The notes under the pieces are model-generated. The model saw nothing but the letters and a program-made list of their open reading frames with translations, ran no database searches and had not been told where the DNA came from. The position numbers were made by a program, and so were the translations under genes. From positions 1 to 58,323 of the forward strand of contig NW_027367423.1 in the NCBI RefSeq assembly GCF_046119375.1: a stretch of 58,323 nucleotides of DNA, in the 5' to 3' direction. How positions within the stretch are numbered: the first letter of the stretch is position 1; every line of letters begins with the position of its first letter. Positions 48,901 to 58,323 of the stretch are shown piece after piece. The DNA is from Phyllobates terribilis (taxonomy: Eukaryota).

Positions 48901-49356
48901 TCAGTCATTAGCGGTGACTAATTGCAGAGAGAGGAGCTCCTCCTCAGGGATGACTCTGATATGGCAATCCGATCTCGGATAGGCGGCGCAGAGCAGCGCG
49001 TAGCCACGCTCAACCACATCATCGCTCAACATTCCGTCACTCTGATCAACTTTACCGCTAATGAGCTTAGCAGGGCAAGTCATACAGACTCCAAGCTTAC
49101 AATCATGGGGGACATCCATTCCACTATCTAACGCCTTCGATAATATGCTCTCATCGGGATCCACTTCTAGCTCAGTCGACTGCCCTTCGTGCTCGACCAC
49201 CACTTTGTAGGAGCACACCATGGCGGACCATCTCTGTGTAAGGCGACTAGAACTGAGAGGGGTTTTGAGGTTGAAAGGGAGGGCTGATGATGGGTGTTTT
49301 TGTTTTGTGTGGATGATGAAGGTGGGAGGAGGAGTTGTGAGATTCAGTGTTGCCAT
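48901..49356 (-). CDS. FdC1: Chloroplast 2Fe-2S ferredoxin with C-terminal extension (FdC1-type), 151 aa
   Basis: CKLGVCMTC...LLCAAYP cluster ligands, EEELLSLQLVTAND tail and an N-terminal transit-peptide-like segment; single exon. Confidence 0.92.
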   Translation of the reverse strand: MATLNLTTPPPTFIIHTKQKHPSSALPFNLKTPLSSSRLTQRWSAMVCSYKVVVEHEGQSTELEVDPDESILSKALDSGMDVPHDCKLGVCMTCPAKLISGKVDQSDGMLSDDVVERGYALLCAAYPRSDCHIRVIPEEELLSLQLVTAND

Positions 49357-50140
49357 TTCTGGGATTTGGAGGATTAGGAGGATGGAGAATTCAAAGGCGG
49401 ACAGGAGATTGTGTGGTTGCTAGTTTTTCATCGGATAGATTTGGGCGATGGATTGTTTGCTTCCTTTTGGGCTTAGCATGGGTTGTGGTGTGTAATTTGG
49501 GCTTCAATTCTCTTCTGGGCCTTTACCAGCTTTTTCAACTACTTACATGTGTGTTTGGTGAAATCTTAGTAAAAACTTTTTTCTAGATAAATGTTTATTT
49601 CCGGATATTTTAAATTTTTAATTGTTATTGAATACAACTTTATATAAGGCTGTGTCTTTATACACTCCATTATTTGGCTGCGTACACTCCAAAATCAAAA
49701 CGCAATATTTTTGCGTTTGTAAAATTATCGCGTTTAGTTGTAAATTTGGATTCGGAGGAGGCAGATACGAAAAAGACGAAACGCAGGTATTCCGCGTTAG
49801 CGAAATACCTGCGTTTATATTTTTTTTTGTATGTAACGCAGTATTCTTGCGTTAGCAGGAATACTGCTAACGCAGGAAAAACGCGTTTGGCTGGTGCTGT
49901 TTCACACCAGCCAAACGCAGGATTCCTGCGTTAGCAATTTTCCTGCTTACGCAAAAATCCTGCGTTAGCAGGAAAACTGCTAACGCAGGAATCCTGCGTT
50001 TCGTGTTAAATGTAACCGTTTGAATATGACCGTTGGAAAACGCAAATTTTTTTGCGTTTTCAACGGTCATATTTTACGAAACACTATAAGTACATCTCCA
50101 TAATCCTTTAGGTAGAACAAATCATTTTGTATGCACAAAA

Positions 50141-53100
50141 AATGTCTACTAGTCAAGAGAAGATAGTAAAGTTACGGAAGATTATGAGGAGTACGTTGAT
50201 CATTTGCCCGATAATGATAATGAGTTTGATCATTTGCCCGATAGCGAAGACGATGATGATTTTGACGTTGATAATTTTCCGTTTAGTACTTATTTTTCAT
50301 ATATTTATACATTTTTATCCCTCATTTGTAGTAGATACAATTTGGTAAATATAGTTAGATGTTTGATTTGAATGTGTATATTTAGACAAAAAGTAAAATT
50401 TGGAAAATGTTTGAAAATACAGGGAAGATATTGTGGAAAGGAATTTGAGACTAACTTGAAATGAGAAAGTCGAGATGATTTGGTTGATTGGGTAAAGAAA
50501 ATGGGGAAAGAGTTGATGATGTGTTTAGTTATTCAACGAAGTACCATTAGATATGTTAGCTTGGTTTGTGAACATTTTGGAGAGCAAAGATTGAGAAAGA
50601 AAAAAAGTGATTACGTAGATGAAGGGGAACGGGAGATTGTTGTGGAAACTCGTGAAGGGAAGAAATCGGGGTGCACATTTAGGCTTGTAGGTGTAGCGGA
50701 GAAGAAGAGTAAGCATAAAACAATTGACCGCAAATGGATATTGCGCATAGTGAGTGGTGTACACAACCACAAATTGTTGACTCACTTTCAAGGGCATGCA
50801 ATCATCGGTCAATTAACCGAGCAAGAGAAGATATTGGTGCGGAGCTTAGGTGAGTCATATGTTCCCCCATCTGCTATATGTAATGCATTGAAAATCTCAT
50901 TTCCGGGGAATGTCACTTCGCCAAAACAAGTTTCAAACTATCTACAAAAAGTGCAATTCGTGAACCGTGGGGATTTGACGTTCACCCAATGGACGCTCAA
51001 TTTCTTAAAACTACGCAAATATGAAGTGTTTCCATTGAGGGAAAATCGGACCAATGAAGTGGACGTCTTATTTTTTGCACACGTTGACTCATTGAAGCTT
51101 CTTAAGAGGTTCCCGTATGTTATCGTCATAGACGTCACATACAAGACAAACAAGTAAGTGATACATCATTTATAGTTTATTAGAATTTATCAAATTTTGG
51201 ATATGTTCTTATGTTTCTTGTATTTTAACGTTAGGTATAACATGCCTTTGGTAGAGATTGTCGGTTTTACATGTACTCACAAGACATTCAACATCGCATA
51301 TGCGTTTACCAAGAAAGAAGAGATTGTTCATTACACTTTCATCATGAGAAAGCTTCGTTATTTGTGCGAGGAAGCCGGAGTCATGCCAACGGCTATAATG
51401 ACCGATCGAGAGAAATCACTGATCAATGCAATCCATATTATATTTCCGGAGGCTAAACACTTATTGTGTTGGGTTCATATAAAGCACAACATTGAAGCTT
51501 ATTGTTCCCCTCTTTTGAAGAATCCTGAAGCAATAAAAGCTTTTTGTGGACAATGTTGGAGACTCTTTTGCTCATATACGGAGGAAAGCTATGAAAAGAA
51601 GCTTGAGGAGTTGAAGAATTCATGGAATCCCGGGTTGGTTAGATATGTTAGAAGTGGTGGCTAACACCTTACAAGGAAAACATAGTTAGAGCTTGGACTG
51701 ACCACCATCTCCACTTTTTCACAAGAACAAGTAACAGGTATCGTAATTGTAAAACCTTATATATATTTTTAGACGATCCATAAATTATTGTCTTTATTAT
51801 TGTTGATTGTTTTGAAAAGGGTCGAGGGTATGCACAAGGTGTTGAAGAGAATTGTGGATTCAAGTATAGGCGGGTTTAGCAGGATGGTGGTCCGAATCGA
51901 CTCCGCGATTGACAGCCAAGTTTGTAAGATTAAGGCAAGCATGGAGATATCACGGATCAAGATGCCCACACAATACAACAAGATGAAACCACATATCAAG
52001 ATTGTGTTTTCTAGACTCTTTTATAGAGTATCAGATCGGGGCTTGATGACCTTGTATCATTTATACGAGCTATTAATTGCGGGAAAATTTAAAGAAGAGT
52101 GCGATGATTACTGGATGACAGAGTGTCTTGGCCTACCTTGCCTTCACACAATTGCTAGAGCTATCATTAAGAGGAGGCCAATCATGCCTTCCGAGATACA
52201 CCGCTTCTGGAAGCAGATTGATTGGGATAGGATAATCCGTTCTGACGCCGACAATGTTACAGGTGATGATGTCAATATGACTGTTGGAGAGATGAGGTGC
52301 AACGAGTTTTCCCAAAAGTTTCAAAGAGGTGAGCTAAAGAAATCAACAATAGAGCATATGGGTGATGTTTTCACAGACTTGGAGTACCCTAACGAGACAA
52401 CCTTGTTGGAGCCCACAATGATCAAGCCAAAAGGAAGACCCAAGGGGTCCACCAAGTGGTCCACGAAGAGAGATCCGAGTGGGTTCGAGTATGCGAGAGA
52501 GGATGTGGATAAGATGGAAAAGGCAAAAGAAGTAAAGAAGGGAAATAAAAGGGGGAGTCAAGTAAGAAGTCAAAGAAAAGAGAAAGAAGAACATGATGAT
52601 GTAGAGGGGAGTCAAGTTTATAACGATCATGAAGAAGTATCAGGATCACAATCTGTCGGGGAACCGATCACTCATTTGGGGATGGACTTTGGAGTCAACA
52701 ACATTGATTACTTTTGGTATCCGTTCATTAAGGAGGTGAAGGATGTAGCTGGAGACGGACATTGTGGGTATCGCTCGATGAGTGTACTTTTGGGTGGAAA
52801 TGAAGAAAACTACAAGAGGATTCGACTCACTTTGGCATCTCACCTGGTTGCCAACAGATCATTGTATGAACCCGCGTTAGCAAGACTAAATCCCGGAAAG
52901 TCATATGATAGCTACGTAATTTCAGTGAACTACATGTTGAGCCCTTGCCCACAGAGTTTCTGGTGCGATATGCCCATGGCCGGTCTGGTATTTGCAACAG
53001 TTTATCAAGTAGCTTTGGCATTCTTGTCTTGGAATGGTCCGTGCTTATGCTTGCCAATGATGACATCACAATCAAGACTGGATGGTGATGGACTTCGGAT

Positions 53101-53387
53101 ATTGGCAATGGCTCAAGTAGGCAAACAAAACCACTTCATACCGGTATGTCTTATTTTTTCCAGGTTTATGCTCAATTGATCATATTAACATATTTGAACT
53201 ACCTTTCACTTTTTCTTATTGTAGATATGGCTTACTGATGGAAGTCCTCTCCCCCCGACTCCATATGCATGGCATCAATTCAAACATATAAGTGTAGAAG
53301 GTTGGGACGAAACATTTGCTTCAAGGATTTCAATGTTTAGGGACTTTCGCGTTGCATATGGTCGATCGGCTCATAGTTTGGTTTAGG
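50141..53387 (+). pseudogene. MuDR/FAR1-type transposase with a C-terminal OTU-like domain (MULE-2)
   Basis: SKKSGC..HNH (FAR1/WRKY-like DNA-binding domain), IDVTYKTNK|YNMPLVEIVG, IMTDREKSLINAI, HLLCWVHI, RVEGMH, GLPCLH, GDGHCGYRS and QNHFIPV. In-frame TGA at 50462-50464 and a -1 shift near 51655; the 5' exons are uncertain. Confidence 0.88.
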
Positions 53388-53591
53388 AATCATGTTCATT
53401 GTACTTGGTTGAAGTAGTTTAGTTGGTGGAAATATTTCAATGTTTAGGTGATTGAGTTTAATTTGAACTAAAAGGCAAGAAATGATATATATCCAAAAAA
53501 CATATCCCGAAACACCAATACATCCAAAAAACATATACACAAATCACTGCGCGTCCGCCTGCCGCTATCCCCGCCTACCTCATGTACCGAA

Positions 53592-56210
53592 TCATGAAAA
53601 ATGTGCTCTGAAGGCTCTGTACGAGGGGAAGATGGGGGGACTAAGGGCTCTATAACCTGTCAACTGTAATGCGAAGTTCAAAAAATCAGACTTCACGTCA
53701 TCCGGTAAATCGGATCTCCTCGCCTTATACATCTGGATCTTCGCACCAACAGTCTGAGCACACTGTGTTAAAGAAAAACAAAACATAAGTATTAAATATG
53801 TCAAGTAAGCGTAATAATAAAAAATAAATTTATGCAACACACCGTCGTAGGGTCTGGAGGTAACGGTAATGGGTGAGGTCCTATGAAGGTTCGGTAATCG
53901 ACGTAAGGATGTGACATTTGCTTCCACCAGTCTAGATACTCTGGATGACACTCCCATGGTGGTCTGGCCTCTGGAAAATCACTGAGCACTATCAACGGCA
54001 TTGGAGTGTCTCCCCACTATAGCGCATCATCAAGGTAGGATAATGTCACCGAAGATCGTAATGAAGAGGTACGTGTCACTGTAAGGGGAGCGGGTGGTGC
54101 GTCAGGTATGCCTTGCCTACGACCAAACTGGCGCAGTACTCTATCGGGGAGATACGGCTCGTGAATTTGATCGTACTCGATCACACCTCAGAATCTCTAC
54201 GGAGCGAAATGCGGGTCGTCAAAATTGATCTCACCCCACGGCGTCCAGTGAATCTATATCATGGATATACATCAATAAAAGGTAAAAAGAAGTAACAGAA
54301 AAAATAGATAACAAGATACATATTAATATTAGAACTTACATCAACAACCGTGTACTGATCAAGAAGTTGGCGTAGTTTGATCAACCGCTTCGGATCACTA
54401 CCTTGAGGGGCCTCGACACCATCTCGTGCAGCCGCGCGAGTATCCATCTTCTCTTTGATATCGAACGAAGCATGGCCTCGTAAGGTAGGAAAATAGTGCC
54501 AGATCCAAGACTACGTAGAAATCAAAATTAGACTTGTTTAACTTAAAATAAATGCAAACTCCAAGAATCAAAATAAACGTGTATACCTTCAACAGAAGCA
54601 TAGGACCGGAGATGGAAGCAGTTAGACCTCGTGATGCGAGTCCTAACTATCTGTACAGGTATGCTAGGGCTCCAGTCCCCCATGCATAATTGCCGGTCTG
54701 GTTGTGATCGAGGAACATAGAGATGAGCTCTGGCTTGCAACGCATCCCAGACTTGTCTGTAAACAGGGTGCTTGATGCTAGAATCGCTAAATATAGCGTA
54801 GCGATATGATTCTCGTTCCTGTAAAGAACGAGATTCATAAAATAGTTCCAAATAAAATTACATTAACTATTTTACTTGATTCTATAATTTTTACCTCTCT
54901 GCGGCTTCACATAAACTCTTCAGCCTGACCTTCATAAATTCGCCGGTTTTGAAACCGGAACCTATTATTTGAAAAATTAGAAATTGTGTTAAATAAATTC
55001 TTTACAAAGTCATATATTAGGTCAAATAGATTTTACCAGATCCAAGTAGTCTCGCGGTAGGAATATCCACCCCTAAAACCTCCGCCAAAGACTCCCACAT
55101 GATATCATCACTCAAAGGACAGACCACGACGCTTCCATGAATAGGAATCCTAAGTATATTCACGACAACGTGCAGTGTAATGGTAAGCTCACCCCCGGGA
55201 AAGTGAAACGAGTTCGTCTCCGGGTACCATCTCTCGACGAATGCCGAAATAAGAACCATGTCTGTCCTTCGAAACTCCAAATCTCTCAAGCTAGTCAGCT
55301 GGCTAGCTTGTGCCAATGACCACCATGATCCGGGCTCGTCCGTCCGGAAAGCCTCTGACTCTGAGTAGTGGGGTTTGCGAGGGAAAGTTCTAAGGACTCT
55401 CCTCAACTGGAATAATTGAATCAGGAGTGTTATGTTTTGTATAATATTTATAAATGTTCTGTTAATTATAATACATACCGGATCTCTGGTGTTAGATGAG
55501 GGGAAAACTACTCCAGGAACCCTATCTGGGTTGACACCTGCCTCCACTTGAGTCGCCGTCCACAACAGGGGTGCGATGTGATGCGTATATGACTTAATCA
55601 ACGCCGACGAACGAGGCCCTCCAGGCATCCAGTTCCCTTCCTGACCAAAAGGTACGGGACCGACAGGTGGGTCTACAACCGGGTCAGTAACTGCAGGCCT
55701 CTGAACCTCAGGTGGAGAAGTACTAGAAGGTCCACCTGTCTCGGGAGTGGGGCGCACCTGTGGCTCTGGTAAAGGGAAAGTAGTGGGGATAACTGTGTCG
55801 GTAGTGGAAACCGGCACTGATGTCTGAGTCGGCTCTGAGGTCTGAGTCGGCTCTGATGTCTGGGTCGGTGGAGGAGGGGAAGGCGGCTGGTCCTCCATGT
55901 CCATATCATCATCTGGGGCAACCCATTCCTCGTTGTAGGCCGAGTCGGTCGCTTGTAGAACATCGGAGATATCGTACACCTTCTCCTGATGTTGTTGGCG
56001 ATCATCAACATCATCGTACATGACATCGTCGTGCTCAAAAGAAGGTATCGTATCTGTAGCTAAATCAACATCCAACTGTCTGCTCAAATCGGAAGCCTCG
56101 CCCCGTCGTGCCGAAGCCGTGATCCCTCGTGCAGCAATATCACGAGGACCAGCACGTTTTTCCTAACAGATCCACCTACCGCCTCCGCTATCCCCTTCAT
56201 TAGAAATTGA
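53592..56210 (-). pseudogene. Plant mobile domain (PMD) gene of MULE-2 with an acidic, Pro/Thr-rich N-terminus
   Basis: LISAFVERWYPETNSFHFPGGELTITL, LFTDKSG, YAWGTGALAYLYR and EYLDWW; spliced and with some frameshifts; start approximate. Confidence 0.82.
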
Positions 56211-56544
56211 AGTTACTATCAATATTCTAAATAATAACTAATTAATAACAACATATTATTTACAACTAAATAATAACAACATATTATTCTAAAATAATAA
56301 AAACATATGATTCTAAATATACCGTAGCCAAGTTGATTGGCGGGTCCGTCGGTGTTTTCGATTTCTGAGTCGGCTTCCTCACCTTCGGTGCCGTATTTTT
56401 CTTTTTCGGAGGTGCTCGTTTTCTTTTCTCCTTTACCGGGGCCTTGGTTGCGGCGGTGATGGTCGTCGCCGTCGTCGGACCGGCCGTTGAGATTGGTGCC
56501 GTAAGTCCGCTCCGAGGTCATCGGACTGCCGCCGGAAACAAGAG

Positions 56545-56720
56545 CAATGGAGGCTCGGAATCGGCCGAAACTGCGTCGGACCGGGCGGAATCCACCGGAG
56601 GAGCGGCGGGAGGGCCGGAATCGACGGGGAGAGCGGCGGGAGGGCCGGAATCGACCGGAACTGTGGCGGGAGGGCCGGAATCGACCGGAACTGCGGCGGA
56701 ATCGGCCGGAACTGCGTCCG
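56545..56720. repeat. GC-rich ~30-bp minisatellite in the MULE-2 subterminal region
   Basis: GCGGGAGGGCCGGAATCGAC(C/G)GG.. recurs with a ~30-bp period. Confidence 0.8.
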
Positions 56721-57269
56721 AATGAGCGTCGATCGCCGGCGTCGGGAGCACCAGAGGAGCAGCGGTAGAGACGTCTTCCATCGAGGAGTGAAACAAATAA
56801 ATTTCGCGTTCGTAAAAAATCTGCGTTCGTAGGGAGCTTTCGATTGAGGAAGGAGAACAAATATATGGCGAAGAAGGACTAGGGCCGGCGTTTTATGGAG
56901 GAAGAAGGTCACTGTTGAACGCAAAATTAATGCGAACGCATTAATCTTGCGTTTGACTCTACCAACCAAACGCGTAATTAATGCGAACGCATTAATCTTG
57001 CGTTTGACTCGCCCGTTTCCTGCGTTTTCCTCTACCAACCAAACGCGCAATTCTTGCGTTCGCCCGTTTCCTGCGTTTCGCTCAGGTACGAAGACTGTAC
57101 TTCCAAAGCACCCCTAAGTATATAAATTGACTGAAAACGCAAAAAATCTGCGTTTGCAAAAATCTTGCGTTTTATTTTGGAGTGTATGAAGAATTTTTTT
57201 GGAGTGTATATAGCCCTTTCGTTATATAAATTAAGGTGGATTTCTCCTCACAAATCTCTCTACTAAAAT

Positions 57270-58017
57270 CAGTGGCAGAGCCACAGGGGGCCCGAGGGGT
57301 CACCTGCCCTCCGGTCCTCCGACGGAATCATAATATGTATATATATAATTTTATAAGTTTGTAATAGATTAAACAGTTTAACCAGAAAGACAAATAAGTT
57401 GTCTTGGTGTAGTGGTTAATGTATAGTAATTTATGTCAATTTCTTTTTTTCTCTTTTTAATTTGTGTATATATAGTATTTCTAATTAATAATTTTTTCAT
57501 ACTCGAATGTTTTTAACTTCTATTTTAAGCTATTATTATTTTTGTATCTTTTATAATTTTATGTATCATATATGTTGTAAATATACATTACTTAAGTCTA
57601 GTTTTTGTATATTGATTTTTAATAAAAAAATTAACTTAATTCCTAGTATATAATATCTATATTAATTCAAACTTGTATTCTTTATGTTCTTCTCATTGAA
57701 TTTTCCCTTTATTGTAACAATATAAATTTTATTTCAACTTAATCTACATAGATTAGTTTTCAATTAAAAAAACAAAGATGAAAAGAATAATTTTGTATAA
57801 AGATCAAGTTTTAAACCGTTGAGTTTTTATTTCTTTATATATATTTGGCGTATCTTAAGCTTGTTTATTTACTTTCAAATATGATTAAAACAATCAAACA
57901 ATACTTTATAATTATTGAAATAATTATAAACAAATCATAACATTATAAATGACTAATAAGAACAAAAATAAAAATAACAGTCTCCCCTCCAAGAATAATT
58001 TTCTGGCTCCGCCACCG
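57270..58017. mobile_element. Non-autonomous hAT element
   Basis: TIRs CAGTGGCAGAGCCA / TGGCTCCGCCACCG with a perfect 8-bp TSD ACTAAAAT (57262-57269 and 58018-58025). Confidence 0.92.
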
Positions 58018-58323
58018 ACTAAAATTGCATAGAGATAAATGTGGTAAAACAAGAAAAACCTTGATAAAATAATAACTATTTGTATCCAATAAAGTTATCT
58101 TAAAACGACAACTATTTGTATCCGGAGAGAGTATTAACTTTCTCTTTTTTAATGTGTCACATTGTTTATCGTGTTCAAAAATATTTTCACTAAAAGTACA
58201 AAAATATATATAATGCCTCTATAAATAAGATACCAAACAAATCCTTAGTAATAAAGTTTGACATAAGAGCAATTTGGGCTTTATAACCCATTTTCTACAT
58301 TTCCCCCCTCAAAAAGGTCCAGT

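Larger units (their letters stand above)
49648..57220. mobile_element. Mutator-like element (MULE-2), structurally full-length
   Basis: TIRs containing TATACACTCC and AAAACGCAA repeats (49659-49720 vs 57135-57211); 9-bp flanks TTTATATAA / GTTATATAA; two convergent internal genes. Confidence 0.85.

Noticed and set aside
50141-53387. MULE-2 as an active autonomous element
   Set aside because: In-frame TGA at 50462-50464, a frameshift near 51655 and mismatched terminal bases.
56219-57050. Several overlapping ORFs on both strands
   Set aside because: They arise from a stop-poor GC-rich minisatellite in the MULE subterminal region.

Overview
Plant (eudicot-like) nuclear DNA, AT-rich and dominated by transposable elements. 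Four host genes are intact: an isochorismatase/nicotinamidase-like gene (5 exons, minus), a FRIGIDA-like 4-type gene (3 exons, plus, head-to-head with the former), a single-exon uL18-like gene and a ferredoxin FdC1-type gene. Two tandem 9-exon SurE-like phosphatase genes both carry small homopolymer indels as assembled. TEs: the 3' end of a Sirevirus-like Copia, a full-length decayed Copia (704-bp LTRs, TSD TGGTA), solo LTRs, L1 relics, a fragment of an RLE-type non-LTR element, an intronic Helitron, and many hAT, Stowaway and Tourist MITEs, several with readable TSDs. There are also two Mutator-like elements, each pairing a transposase ending in an OTU-like Cys-protease domain with a separate plant-mobile-domain (PMD) gene, in opposite gene arrangements. 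The most unusual items are this MULE OTU+PMD module, a 4 x 209-bp tandem amplification of a foldback element inside an intron, and the compensating frameshifts in the SurE pair. All calls were made by eye; family names come from recalled motifs, not database searches.
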